From IMG/VR virus record IMGVR_UViG_3300036393_000024, positions 1 to 61,278 of that record: a DNA stretch of 61,278 bases; one strand, given 5' to 3'. How positions within the stretch are numbered: position 1 is the stretch's first letter; every line of letters starts with the position of its first letter. Below, piece after piece: positions 8,684 through 18,411 of the stretch. The translations under genes were made by a program, and so were the position numbers. Source of the stretch: a virus (taxonomy: Duplodnaviria > Caudoviricetes). The notes beneath the pieces are model-generated. The model did not search any database and was not told where the DNA came from. It saw only the letters and a program-made list of their open reading frames with translations.

Positions 8684-8973
8684 GCATCAGGGCCCTCGAG
8701 CCGAGCGAGCGGGCGCTACGAGCCCGGATGGTGGCCCAGCACCGCGCCCGACACGGCGACTGGTGCGCCGGCTGGCGTGTCCCTGCCCATCCGGCTACCG
8801 AGCTGCTCGCCGAAGCGGTGGCGCCAGCGGCAGCCGGAGCGGTGGGCAGCTGGACGGTGCTGTGCCGACCTTGCATCTCGCGCAAGAACCGCGCGCCCTG
8901 GACGCCCCTGGAGGAACGCAATGAAGATCACCGCGAAGGTCCGCTGCAACTCCCGAGTGTCGGCCGGTGCTGA
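8680..8973 (+). CDS. Degenerate HNH-like protein
   Basis: HGDWCAGW...H...VLCRPCISRK; the DH catalytic motif is absent. Confidence 0.45.
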   Translation: MSIRALEPSERALRARMVAQHRARHGDWCAGWRVPAHPATELLAEAVAPAAAGAVGSWTVLCRPCISRKNRAPWTPLEERNEDHREGPLQLPSVGRC

Positions 8974-9142
8974 GCAGGACAACGTCGTGTTCGGCGCCGA
9001 CTACATGTCGGAGGATGGCAAGGAGATCAACGCTGAGTGGGCGCGGTACACCCCGGGCCTGTCGATCACGATGGGCGTTCGACCCGAGGTGCCGTTCGAG
9101 CCGGGCAAGGCCTACACGCTCACCTTCGACGACGGCGAATGA
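8921..9142 (+). CDS. Hypothetical phage protein
   Basis: RBS GGAGG; MKITAKVRC...NAEWARYTP...FEPGKAYTLTF. Confidence 0.7.
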   Translation: MKITAKVRCNSRVSAGAEQDNVVFGADYMSEDGKEINAEWARYTPGLSITMGVRPEVPFEPGKAYTLTFDDGE

Positions 9143-9351
9143 GCAGCCAGCTGGAGCAGGTCAACACCGCCGTCTCGGAGATCCTGGCCGAGGACGGCGG
9201 CATGGTCACCAAGTGGGTGCTGCTGGCCGAGAAGATCAACGCCGACGGTGAGACCGAGTTCTGGTCGATGACCTCGCCGGGCATCTCGCCCTGGGATCGC
9301 CTCGGGCTGGTGGAGTATCACGCCCGCACGATCCAGCCCGAGACACCCTGA
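9139..9351 (+). CDS. Hypothetical protein
   Basis: ATGA overlap, GC3 bias. Confidence 0.6.
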   Translation: MSSQLEQVNTAVSEILAEDGGMVTKWVLLAEKINADGETEFWSMTSPGISPWDRLGLVEYHARTIQPETP

Positions 9352-9776
9352 TGGTCAGCGACCCTGCCCGGGCGACGCCGGCGCCGGAACCGGAGCTGCC
9401 CCGCAGCCTGCGGATCGGGCACCTGCGCTACCGGGTCGTCGAGGACGACGGGCTCGTCCAGGAGCACTCCGTGCGCGAGATGGGCGACTACGCCGGCTTC
9501 TCCCACGCGCCCACTCAGACGATCGCACTGGCCACAAGGCGTGTGCGCGGCGGCGGCGGTGACCTGGGCCAGCAGTACCGGCGTGAGGTCCTGCTGCACG
9601 AGGTCCTCCACTGCTGCCTGCGGGTCACCGACTGCGATCCGGACCGCGATGCCAAGGCCGGCCTTGAGGACGTCGAGGAGCGGGCGGTGGCCGCGATCGC
9701 CGGCCCGCTGTTGGCCGTGCTGCAGGACCACCCGGACCTGGTCGCCTACCTGACCACGAGCCCCGAGCTGACCTGA
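9351..9776 (+). CDS. HExxH metallopeptidase-like phage protein
   Basis: REVLLHEVLHC...EERAV. Confidence 0.65.
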   Translation: MVSDPARATPAPEPELPRSLRIGHLRYRVVEDDGLVQEHSVREMGDYAGFSHAPTQTIALATRRVRGGGGDLGQQYRREVLLHEVLHCCLRVTDCDPDRDAKAGLEDVEERAVAAIAGPLLAVLQDHPDLVAYLTTSPELT

Positions 9777-9817
9777 CCGAGGGCGCTTGCCTCCCTGTTC
9801 GCGAAGGGACCGCGCGG

Positions 9818-10066
9818 ATGCAGCGCTGGCGCTCCTGGCCCGTCGTGCCCGAGCTCGTCCCACCCGACCTGAGCTGGAAGTGCGAGCCGCACAGCCAGGA
9901 CTACCTGGTCGGCCTGGCGTTCGCCACCGACAAGCACGGCCACACGTTCCGCCGCTTCACCTTCCCCGACGGCTCCAGAGCCTTCAGCGGCCTGGAGTAC
10001 CACCACGAGACCACCCCGGCCACCGAGCGGCCGTCCCGGCGGTTCCTGGACATCCTGCGCGGCTGA
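9818..10066 (+). CDS. Hypothetical protein
   Basis: GC3 bias. Confidence 0.45.
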   Translation: MQRWRSWPVVPELVPPDLSWKCEPHSQDYLVGLAFATDKHGHTFRRFTFPDGSRAFSGLEYHHETTPATERPSRRFLDILRG

Positions 10067-10244
10067 TCAAGGTCAGGAGTCTCCATGCACCAGCTTCCCG
10101 AGTCGTCCATCCCCTACCGCCTACGCGTGGACCGGATCCTCGAGGTGCTGGAGCCGGCCGGCTGCACCCCTGCCGAGCTGTGGACCGACCTCGAGGTCGC
10201 CGAGAGCGTCCGCAACCTCGACCCTCGCTGATCAGCCCCGACCA

Positions 10245-10625
10245 CTACCGTCGGCCCTTGACCAGCTGCTCGGCCCGCTGATGGCTGAGCCCCATCATCT
10301 TCCCGATGTTCCGGTAGCTCCAGCCGGCAGCGTGAAGGCTCCGCGCGGCGGCCTGGTTGTCGGCCAGAGACTCGTCCCGCAACGTGTCCGCGCGGCTGGC
10401 CTTGTCGCGGGCGCTCTCGATGAGGTGTCGGGCCTCGCTCCCGGGATCCGCCTCAAGGTCGACTCGGACGTCGCTGGTCTCGACGTCGAGCGCAGCGGCG
10501 ATGACCCCGCGTGCCATCGCCTCGACCTCTCCCCAGCTGATCGCCTGGGTGAGCAGCTCGAGCTCGGGGACGCTGACCATCCACCACCCGTCTTCGCGGG
10601 TCACGGTCGCGCGGTAGGTCTTCAC
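10245..10625 (-). CDS. hicB: HicB-like antitoxin with C-terminal HTH
   Basis: KTYRATVTREDGWWMVSVPEL...TQA...EAMARGVIA; C-terminal GWSYRNIGKMMGLSHQRAEQL; GTGA overlap with hicA. Confidence 0.8.
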   Translation of the reverse strand: MKTYRATVTREDGWWMVSVPELELLTQAISWGEVEAMARGVIAAALDVETSDVRVDLEADPGSEARHLIESARDKASRADTLRDESLADNQAAARSLHAAGWSYRNIGKMMGLSHQRAEQLVKGRR

Positions 10626-10831
10626 TGCAGCCACCCTTCCGGCAGGCAGGCCAGCATCTTGATGGCCTTGCGGACAACTCCGGGGGACGTGACCGTGTGG
10701 CGCGGCAGCGGGAACTGGTGCCGTCCGCACGGGCAGCCCCAGACGGTGTGATCGCCCCGGTCGCGCAGGACGTGGCAGTCCTGCGCGCGCAGAGCGGTCT
10801 CGATGTCCCGGCGCTTCATCCCCTTGACCAT
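10622..10831 (-). CDS. hicA: HicA family mRNase toxin
   Basis: MKRRDIETAL...RGDHTVW...PLPRH...GVVRKAIK. Confidence 0.85.
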   Translation of the reverse strand: MVKGMKRRDIETALRAQDCHVLRDRGDHTVWGCPCGRHQFPLPRHTVTSPGVVRKAIKMLACLPEGWLQ

Positions 10832-10837
10832 GAGGAT

Positions 10838-10910
10838 AGTCTAGCGCGACTAGACTGTCACGTCTAGCATGATTTGACGCTGTACAAACTATGTCTAGCT
10901 GCACTAGACT
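10838..10910. promoter_or_regulatory. Divergent promoter region with two GTCTAG-N5-CTAGAC operators
   Basis: AGTCTAG-cgcga-CTAGACT 10838-10856 and GTCTAG-ctgca-CTAGAC 10893-10909; a TAGACT (-10-like) hexamer lies 6 nt before an ATG on each strand. Confidence 0.7.
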
Positions 10911-10916
10911 AGATGC

Positions 10917-11090
10917 ATGCCAACACACAGCCGCCGCCACTACACCACCGTCAACGGCACGATCAGCAGTCGAGCCCTCACCGAGAGGGACGCACACGCT
11001 TACGCCCGGCTGGAGCGTCAGCGACACCCCAAGGCGCTGGTCGAGGTAGTAAGAGGCGAACCGTCCGACGATCCGCCCCGACGTATCTGA
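10917..11090 (+). CDS. 57-aa hypothetical protein divergent from hicA (not in ORF track)
   Basis: MPTHSRRHYTTVNG...PPRRI*; TAGACT-N6-ATG start; followed by a hairpin. Confidence 0.5.
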   Translation: MPTHSRRHYTTVNGTISSRALTERDAHAYARLERQRHPKALVEVVRGEPSDDPPRRI

Positions 11091-11111
11091 CAACCGCACA
11101 GCTCGCCCTGA

Positions 11112-11150
11112 ACGGGCCCGTACCGACTCTCGGTACGGGCCCGTCGTCTT
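11112..11150 (+). terminator. Perfect 15-bp stem hairpin, putative terminator
   Basis: ACGGGCCCGTACCGA-ctc-TCGGTACGGGCCCGT followed by cgtctt. Confidence 0.7.
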
Positions 11151-11167
11151 GGCCCCGGGGGTACGCC

Positions 11168-11473
11168 ATGGGAGCGCTCGAGAAAGTCCCCGGAGTTCAG
11201 AACTGGATCGACCGGCTCCCGGCCGGAATGCGCGCCGCGTGGAACCGCTCGATCATCTACCGGGCGGCGGTGCACATGCACACCGAGCGCGGCATGCCGG
11301 TGGGCCAGGCCATCGCCTCGGCCATCAACTGGGCCCGGCACATCGTGGCGACCGGTGATGTGAAGCAGTGGCCGGGCCCGCAGCGTGTGCGCCCGTCCAG
11401 CGTGGCCGAGTGCGCGGCCGCGCTCGCGCTGTGGGAGTCGATGAAGGCAGCGGCTCGCGCGGACAACGGCTGA
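11168..11473 (+). CDS. Hypothetical phage protein
   Basis: MGALEKVPGVQNWIDRLP...AIASAIN; GC3 bias. Confidence 0.6.
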   Translation: MGALEKVPGVQNWIDRLPAGMRAAWNRSIIYRAAVHMHTERGMPVGQAIASAINWARHIVATGDVKQWPGPQRVRPSSVAECAAALALWESMKAAARADNG

Positions 11474-11476
11474 GCG

Positions 11477-11788
11477 TTGGCCTGGTCGGACAGCCGCAAC
11501 CCTCGAGCGCAGCGGCTACCAGCTGACTGGCCAGCTCGACGAGCGCGTGTGCTCAAGCGCGACCAGCACACGTGCCAGATCAACGGGCCACGATGCGTCG
11601 GTCACGCGACCGAGGTCGACCACCGCCGCCAGGGCGACGACCACGAGGAGCACAACCTGCAGGCCGCGTGCCGACCGTGCCATGCGGACAAGACCGCGGG
11701 CGAGTCGGCTGCTGCTCGAGCTCGGGCAGCCAAGCGTCGCGCGCAGCTGAAGCGGAGACCGATCGAGAAGCATCCGGGCCTGCTCTAA
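11477..11788 (+). CDS. Packaging-associated HNH endonuclease
   Basis: VLKRDQHTCQ..C...ATEVDH...NLQAACRPCHADKT...EKHPGL, directly upstream of terminase. Confidence 0.88.
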   Translation: MAWSDSRNPRAQRLPADWPARRARVLKRDQHTCQINGPRCVGHATEVDHRRQGDDHEEHNLQAACRPCHADKTAGESAAARARAAKRRAQLKRRPIEKHPGLL

Positions 11789-12000
11789 TCGATCAAGGAC
11801 ATCCATCGGCGCCGGCGCCGGCGCCCGCTCACTGCGAGTGACGGAGGGGTGGGGGGTACTCCCCTCACCCGGTTGGCCCAGACCGAAGCGTCATAGCGCC
11901 TGACGGCCGCTACGGGTTTGAGAGTCGCAACGGCTCTCGTGTTGGTCACGCAATGTGACCGTTCGGGTCGCGCAACGCGGCCGCCGCCAGGAGGTACCCC

Positions 12001-12423
12001 ATGCCGGGCCCGATCCCTGAACGCTCCGACCGCCGGCGCCGCGCCAACAAACCGGCCGTCGCCGTCGATGCCGCCCCCGCCGCGACCCGGGTGTCCGTCC
12101 CGGCCGCGAGCAAGGAGTGGCATCCCGCCGCGACCCGCTGGTACCGGTCGCTGAAGAAGTCCGGCCAGTCCCGGTTCTACGAGCCGTCGGACTGGGCGCA
12201 GGCCTGGGTGTGGGCGGAGCTGCTCTCCCGCGCGCTGGAGCAGGAGGACCGGCCGCCGGCGATGCTGATCGCCACCTGGGCGGCCGGCGCGACGGAGCTG
12301 CTCACCACCGAGGGCGCTCGGCGCCGGCTGCGGCTCGAGCTGCAGCGCCCCGGCCAGGTCGACGAGGATGCCGAGGCAGCGGTGACGGCGCTCGATGAGT
12401 TCCGCGCCCGCTACTCCTCCTGA
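12001..12423 (+). CDS. Terminase small subunit
   Basis: MPGPIPERSDRRRRAN...WYRSLKKSGQSRFYEPSDW...TTEGARRRLRLE (actinophage TerS pattern). Confidence 0.85.
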   Translation: MPGPIPERSDRRRRANKPAVAVDAAPAATRVSVPAASKEWHPAATRWYRSLKKSGQSRFYEPSDWAQAWVWAELLSRALEQEDRPPAMLIATWAAGATELLTTEGARRRLRLELQRPGQVDEDAEAAVTALDEFRARYSS

Positions 12424-14056
12424 TCTCGAGGCGCCGGCCGACCGACTCGTCACCCTGCACCCCGGTGTCCCGAAGCTGACGCTCGCCTGGGGTGCAGTGC
12501 AGTGGGCGATGGAGAACCTGCGCCAGCCCAACGGCCCGAACGCCGGCAAGCCGTGGCGCCCGATCGGCTCGCAGTTCCGGTTCCTGCTGTGGTGGTACGC
12601 CCTCGACGAGTCCGGCGAGTGGCTGTTCCACCACGGGGTGCGCCGGCTGGCCAAGGGAAGCGGCAAGAGCCCCTTCGCCGCGGTGCTGGCGCTGATGGAG
12701 TTCCTCGGGCCGGTCCGGCTGAAGGACTTCGACCCGAAGCGCGACGGCGGCTGCGTCGGCCGGCCGGTGGACATGCCGCTGGTGCAGATCGCGGCGACGG
12801 CCGAGTCGCAGACGGCGAACACGATGCGCATGGTGCGCGCGATGGCCCCGAAGGGCTCGAAGGTCGCGCTGCGCTACAACCTCGACGTCGGCAAGCAGAC
12901 CTACTACAAGTCCCCCGAGGGGACGCTGCAAGTCATCACCGCCTCGTCCACCGCCGCCGAGGGCGCCGAGGCATCGTTCATCGTCGCGGACGAGACCGAG
13001 CACTGGAAGCCCTCCAATGGCGGCCCGGATCTCGCCTCGACGCTGGAGGACAACCTCACCAAGTCCGGCAACCGGATGCTCGAGACCTGCAACGCCTGGA
13101 TGCCGGGCATGCAGAGCGTCGCCGAAGCGTCTTGGGACGGCTGGGTCGCCCAGGAGGAGGGCCGCACCCGGCCGGGGCGGCGGACGCTCTACGACGCCCG
13201 GATCGCGCCCCCCGACACCGACCTGACCGACGAGACGTCGCTGATGGCGGCGCTCGAGCACGTCTACGACGACTGCTACTGGCAGAACCTCAACCCGATC
13301 CGCGGCCGGATCTGGGACCCGAAGTCCAGCATCGACGCCAGCAAGCGCAAGTACATGAACTGGCCCACCGCCGCCGTCGACGCCTGGATGACCCAGCAGG
13401 AATGGGCGGCGCTGCGCGACCTCGACCGCGTGGTCGACCTCGGCGAGGACATCGTGATGTTCTTCGACGGCTCGAAGTCCCGGGATGCCACCGCGCTGGT
13501 CGGGTGTTGCGTGTCCGACGGGCACGTGTTCACCATCGGCGCGTGGGAACCCAAGCCCGACCACTCCGGTGACCCGGACAAGCGCTGGGAAGTCCCGGTC
13601 GCCGAGGTCGACGCGACCGTGGCCCGGGCGTTCCGGGAGTCCAACCCCCTGGCGTTCTTCGCAGACGTCAAGGAGTGGGAAGGCTTCGTCAAGGTCAACT
13701 GGCCGCAGCAGTACGCGGACCAGCTAGAGCTGCACGCGGTGCCCACCGGGAAGGAACCGCACCCGATCGCCTGGGACATGCGGACCCGGACCTACGACTT
13801 CACCATGGCCGTCGAGCTCACCGAGACCGAGATCCGGGAGCAGAAGTTCACCCACGACGGCTCCGCCGTCCTGGCCCGACACGTGACCAACGCGCGCCGG
13901 CGGCCGAACAACTGGGGCACCTCGATCGGCAAGGAGTCCCCCGACTCCCCGCTGAAGATCGACGCGGCGGTGGCGATGATCGGCGCCCGCATGGTGCGCC
14001 GGCTGCTGCTGTCCAGCGAGAACCGGAAGAAGAAGCGATCGGGCCGTTGGTGCTAA
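12395..14056 (+). CDS. Terminase large subunit
   Basis: RRLAKGSGKS (Walker A), VADETEH (Walker B), FDGSKSRDATAL nuclease, KIDAAVA. Confidence 0.95.
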   Translation: MSSAPATPPDLEAPADRLVTLHPGVPKLTLAWGAVQWAMENLRQPNGPNAGKPWRPIGSQFRFLLWWYALDESGEWLFHHGVRRLAKGSGKSPFAAVLALMEFLGPVRLKDFDPKRDGGCVGRPVDMPLVQIAATAESQTANTMRMVRAMAPKGSKVALRYNLDVGKQTYYKSPEGTLQVITASSTAAEGAEASFIVADETEHWKPSNGGPDLASTLEDNLTKSGNRMLETCNAWMPGMQSVAEASWDGWVAQEEGRTRPGRRTLYDARIAPPDTDLTDETSLMAALEHVYDDCYWQNLNPIRGRIWDPKSSIDASKRKYMNWPTAAVDAWMTQQEWAALRDLDRVVDLGEDIVMFFDGSKSRDATALVGCCVSDGHVFTIGAWEPKPDHSGDPDKRWEVPVAEVDATVARAFRESNPLAFFADVKEWEGFVKVNWPQQYADQLELHAVPTGKEPHPIAWDMRTRTYDFTMAVELTETEIREQKFTHDGSAVLARHVTNARRRPNNWGTSIGKESPDSPLKIDAAVAMIGARMVRRLLLSSENRKKKRSGRWC

Positions 14057-14081
14057 CCCTGGGAGGCGAGGTGGGCTGGTC

Positions 14082-15488
14082 GTGCTAGAGCTGCCGGAGC
14101 TCACCAAGCTGGTGCAGGACCAGTGGATGCCCGACTGGCGGCGCGAGCGGGAGCGCCTCGACCGGCTGGACCGCTGGTTCCGGTGGAGCCCGGAGGACGT
14201 CCGGCTCCCCCGCAAGGCCACCCCGGAGCTGCGCGCCCTGGTCGAGCTGTCCCGGGTGCCGTGGCTGGGCTTGGTGGTGACCTCCACCGCGCAGTGCCTG
14301 TTCGTCGACGGCTACCGCTCCGCGCTCGACCCGGTCGGTGAGGCCGACGAGGACCGGCAGCCGTCCGGGCCGTGGCGGATCTGGCAGGCCAACGGGCTGG
14401 CCAAGCGTCAGGCCGCGATCCACCGCGCGGCCCTGGCCTACGGCTACGCCTACGCCACCGTGCTGCCCGGCACCGACTTCCAGGGCGAGCCGATGCCGGT
14501 GATCCGTGGTGTGTCGCCCCGCAAGATGTGGGCGGTCTACGACGACCCGGCCGAGGACGATTGGCCCCGGTACGCGATGCGGGTGCTGTCGAGCACGGAG
14601 ACCACCACCAAGCTCAAGGTGCTCGACGACCAGCACGTCTACACCCTGACCGTACGCGGTGGACCCGGCAAGAACGGCGAGCCGTCGGTCAGCCTGGACC
14701 GCGACCCCGAGCTGCACGACGCCGGCGTGTGCCCCGTGGTGCGCTACTGCGCCGAGCTCGACCTTGACGGCCGCGCCTCGGGTGAGGTGGAGCCGCACAT
14801 CCCGCTGGCCTCCCGGATCAACAAGACCGCCTACGACCGGATGCTGGTCCAGCACTTCAACTCCTGGAAAATCCGCGTCTTCGCCGGTCTGGCCATCCCC
14901 GACCGCGAGGAAGAGCAGAACCGGGCGAAGCTGAAGCTGGCCCAGGACGACGTGGTCATGCTCGAGGACGCCGACGGCAAGGCCTGGACGCTGCCCGAGA
15001 CCGCCCTCGATGGGTTCATCAAGGCCAACGCCGCCGACATCGAGCACCTCGCGTCGGTGACCCAGACCCCGACCCACGAGCTGACCGGGCAGCTGGTCAA
15101 CCTCTCGGCCGACGCGCTGGCCGCCGCCCGGGCCTCGCAGACCCAGAAGGTCGAGGACTACAAGCTCGGCTTCGGCGGCTCCCACACCCAGGCCCTGCAG
15201 CTCGGGTCGCACTACGCCGGCGACGAGGACCACGCCAAGGACATCACCGGCCGCTGCACCTGGCAGGACACCTCGATCCGGTCCATGGCCCAGGCCGTCG
15301 ACGCCCTGGGCAAGGCCCGCCAGATGCTCGAGGTGCCCAAGGAGGCCCTGTGGGGCCGGATCCCCGGGGTGGAGAAGGCCGACGTCGAGGAGTGGCTGGA
15401 GCTGGCCAAGCGGGCCGACCCGCTCGCCCTCATGCAGGACGAGCTGGACCGCCAGTCCCGGCCGGCGCTCGACGTGCCGGCGGCCTGA
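14082..15488 (+). CDS. Portal protein
   Basis: Position after TerL, 468 aa, WQANG, GQLVNLSADAL motifs. Confidence 0.88.
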   Translation: MLELPELTKLVQDQWMPDWRRERERLDRLDRWFRWSPEDVRLPRKATPELRALVELSRVPWLGLVVTSTAQCLFVDGYRSALDPVGEADEDRQPSGPWRIWQANGLAKRQAAIHRAALAYGYAYATVLPGTDFQGEPMPVIRGVSPRKMWAVYDDPAEDDWPRYAMRVLSSTETTTKLKVLDDQHVYTLTVRGGPGKNGEPSVSLDRDPELHDAGVCPVVRYCAELDLDGRASGEVEPHIPLASRINKTAYDRMLVQHFNSWKIRVFAGLAIPDREEEQNRAKLKLAQDDVVMLEDADGKAWTLPETALDGFIKANAADIEHLASVTQTPTHELTGQLVNLSADALAAARASQTQKVEDYKLGFGGSHTQALQLGSHYAGDEDHAKDITGRCTWQDTSIRSMAQAVDALGKARQMLEVPKEALWGRIPGVEKADVEEWLELAKRADPLALMQDELDRQSRPALDVPAA

Positions 15489-15492
15489 GCGC

Positions 15493-16392
15493 GTGGCGTC
15501 CACGCCGGAGGGCCGGGCGCTGACCGAACAGCACCGCCAATCCCAGATCGCGGTCCGGGCGGCGTTCCTGGCCGCGTTCCTGCCGCTGTGGCCGCTGCTG
15601 GCCTGGGCGGACCTCGACGGCGCCGGCGTCGCGTGGGTGCGCGCGGTGATGGAGCTGATCAGGTCGTTCCGGCAGGACTCGGCGAACCTCTCGGCCGGCT
15701 ACTACCGCCAGTTCCGGGAGGTCGAGGCGCCCCGAGCGCGGCTGGCCGCCCCTCTGGTGCGGTACCAGCGCGGCCCCCAGCTCGCCGGCCGGGTCCCGGA
15801 CGTGGTGGAGCCGTTTTTCCTCGACCCGCGCCCGGACGGCCTGGTCGTGCCGATCAGGAAGCGCCGCGCGGTGGATCCGGCGGTGGTCGACTGGTCGCGG
15901 GCGGACCGGGCGGCCGAGCGCTCGATGCTCGTCACCGGGCCGATCGAGTTGAAGCGTCGCGCCGGGCGGGGCGAGTCGGAGGACCGCGCCAAGGCCGAGG
16001 GCCTCAAGATCGCGTCCGCGGCCGGGTCCCGGCACGTGCTCAACGGCGGCCGCGAGACCTTCCTGAGCCTCGTGCAGGCCGATGAGCGGGTGTTGGGCTG
16101 GGCCCGGGTCACCGACTCCGACCCGTGCTCGTTCTGCGCGCTCCTGGCCTCCCGGGGCCCGGTGTACCGCTCCCCCGTCCGGGCCGGGTTCCGCGCCCAC
16201 GACGGGTGCGCCTGCACCGCTGAGGCGGTGTTCGCCTCCCGCGCCGCGTGGCCGGGCCGAGCGCGGGAGTTCCAGCGCCTCTACTACGCCTCCACTCGCG
16301 GCCAGTCCGGCAAGGACGCCATCCGGGCGTTCCGGCGGGCCCACGACGCCAAGCGGCGCGAAGCGGCCGGCCCGGACGCCCTCACCGCCTGA
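15493..16392 (+). CDS. MuF-like minor head / capsid maturation protein
   Basis: GWARV..DPCSFCALLASRGPVY...HDGCAC. Confidence 0.75.
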   Translation: MASTPEGRALTEQHRQSQIAVRAAFLAAFLPLWPLLAWADLDGAGVAWVRAVMELIRSFRQDSANLSAGYYRQFREVEAPRARLAAPLVRYQRGPQLAGRVPDVVEPFFLDPRPDGLVVPIRKRRAVDPAVVDWSRADRAAERSMLVTGPIELKRRAGRGESEDRAKAEGLKIASAAGSRHVLNGGRETFLSLVQADERVLGWARVTDSDPCSFCALLASRGPVYRSPVRAGFRAHDGCACTAEAVFASRAAWPGRAREFQRLYYASTRGQSGKDAIRAFRRAHDAKRREAAGPDALTA

Positions 16393-16463
16393 TCCCAGGC
16401 GCCCAAGTTCACCCCCGACGCGCACGGCGTTCGGGGATCCCGCAACGGGGAGATGAAGCCGCA

Positions 16464-17111
16464 ATGGCCGAGCAGGACAAGAACGACCAGGACGACAAGA
16501 CCGACGACCTCGACGGAATCACCGACGACGACGCCAAGCGCCTGTTGGAGAAGCCGAAGAAGGACGCCACCGGCAAGGACGACGACGAGGACCCCGACGG
16601 TGCCGACCAGCTCGGCGACGCCGGCCGCCGGGCGCTGAACTCCATCAAGGAGTCCCGCCGCGCCGCCCGCGAGGAGCGCGACAACGCGAAGGCGGAGCTG
16701 GCGAAGGTCCAGGCCGAGCTGCGCAAGCACTCGGACAAGGACAAGAGCGAGTTGCAGCGCCTCATCGATGAGCGGGACTCGCTGAAGACGGAGCTGAGCA
16801 AGACCACCTCCGCGATGCGCCGCCGCGAGGCCGCCGAGGACCACGCCCCCGATCACGCCACGCCGGCGCAGATCCGGGCCGTGGCCAAGCGCCTGGCCGG
16901 TGACACCGACGAGGAGCTGGCCGCGGACGCCAAGGAGCTCTACGCGCTCATCGCGCCGGAGCCGCCGAAGTCGCCGGTGTCGGGCCGGCCCAAGGAACGA
17001 CTCCGGGACGAGCCGAAGGAGCGCCTCCGTGGTGGAGGCGATCCGGATGACTCCGACCCGGGGGAGATGAACCCGAAGAAGCTCGCCGGGCTGGTCCCGC
17101 GAGCTCGATAG
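16464..17111 (+). CDS. Scaffolding protein
   Basis: Acidic N-terminus, LGDAGRRAL, coiled coil, GDTDEELAADA; upstream of capsid. Confidence 0.8.
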   Translation: MAEQDKNDQDDKTDDLDGITDDDAKRLLEKPKKDATGKDDDEDPDGADQLGDAGRRALNSIKESRRAAREERDNAKAELAKVQAELRKHSDKDKSELQRLIDERDSLKTELSKTTSAMRRREAAEDHAPDHATPAQIRAVAKRLAGDTDEELAADAKELYALIAPEPPKSPVSGRPKERLRDEPKERLRGGGDPDDSDPGEMNPKKLAGLVPRAR

Positions 17112-17181
17112 ACACCGCACCGCCGCGCCACGGCCGGATCGCGGACAGCTTCCCCATTTCGAACCCCAAGGAGGTTCTGTC

Positions 17182-18411
17182 GTGGCGAACTCGTACATCA
17201 AGGCCCCGAAGATCGCGGCCATGGCGCTGGGCGTGCTGGAGCGCGAGATCGTGCTCCCGGCGCTGGTCTGGCGTGACGCCGGCGGCTCGTTCAAGGGCGC
17301 CCAGGGTGACACGATCACCATCCGCGTCCCGGCCCGCTCCACCGCCCGGGTCCGGCAGCTGCGCGCCAACCGCACCGCGGACTTCAACGGTGCCGGCATC
17401 ATCACCCTCGACGACCTGGCCGAGACCAGCGTCGATGTGACCCTGGACCAGGAGATCTACCACGGCACCCGGATCACCGACGAGGAGCTGACCCTCGACA
17501 TCACCGACTTCGGGACCCAGGTGCTGCTGCCGCAGGTCCGCGCGGTCGCCGAGGGCCTGGAGAACAAGCTGGCCGAGCTGATGGTCGGCGCGACCTACGC
17601 GACCACCGTCTCGATCCCCTCCAGCGGTGACGACGTGGTGTACGACGCGATGATCGACGCCCGGAAGGCGCTGAACATCGCCAACGTGCCGACCAACGAG
17701 CGGGTCGTGGTCATGGGGCCGTCGATGGAGGCCCGGTTCCTCAAGGACAACCACCTCAACCACGCCGACACCGCCGGGGACGCCAGCGCACTGCGTGACG
17801 CCACGATCGGCCGGATCGCCGGGTTCGGGCAGGTGGTGGTGTCCAACGCGCTGCCCGAGGACGTCGGGTTCGCGTTCCACCGCACCGCCTACGTGCTGTC
17901 CACCCAGGCGCCGGCGGTGCCCGACGGGGCGCCCTACGGCGCCTCCCAGTCCTACCAGGGGCTGGCCATGCGGTGGCTGCGCGACTACGACCCGGGCAAC
18001 CTGCAGGACCGCTCCATCCTGGGCACCTACGCCGGCGCGAACATCATCGCCGACGGCCCGAAGGGCGCGGAGGTCCAGACGGCCACCATCACCGGCTCGC
18101 CGACCGGCGGCAGCTTCACCCTCACCTACGCCGGCCAGACCACCGCGGCGATCGCCTACAACGCCTCCGCGGCGACCGTGCGCGACCGGCTGCGGGCGCT
18201 GAACAACCTGGACAACGACGACGTCACCGTCACCGGCAGCGCCGGCGGGCCCTACACCATCACCATCGCCGGGAAGGGCAACGTCGGGCAGATCACCGCG
18301 ACCGCGTCGCTGACCGGCGGCAGCTCGCCGGGGGTCACGATGGCCACCTCCACCGAGGGCGGGCTGGGCGACCCCAGCTTCGTCCGGGCCGTGAAGCTCG
18401 TCCTGAGCTGA
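17182..18411 (+). CDS. Major capsid protein with ~95-aa beta-rich insertion near the C-terminus
   Basis: RBS AAGGAGG; GAQGDTITIRVP, ITDEELTLDI..F..QVL, AFHRTA, WLRDYD, FVRAVKL. Confidence 0.9.
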   Translation: MANSYIKAPKIAAMALGVLEREIVLPALVWRDAGGSFKGAQGDTITIRVPARSTARVRQLRANRTADFNGAGIITLDDLAETSVDVTLDQEIYHGTRITDEELTLDITDFGTQVLLPQVRAVAEGLENKLAELMVGATYATTVSIPSSGDDVVYDAMIDARKALNIANVPTNERVVVMGPSMEARFLKDNHLNHADTAGDASALRDATIGRIAGFGQVVVSNALPEDVGFAFHRTAYVLSTQAPAVPDGAPYGASQSYQGLAMRWLRDYDPGNLQDRSILGTYAGANIIADGPKGAEVQTATITGSPTGGSFTLTYAGQTTAAIAYNASAATVRDRLRALNNLDNDDVTVTGSAGGPYTITIAGKGNVGQITATASLTGGSSPGVTMATSTEGGLGDPSFVRAVKLVLS

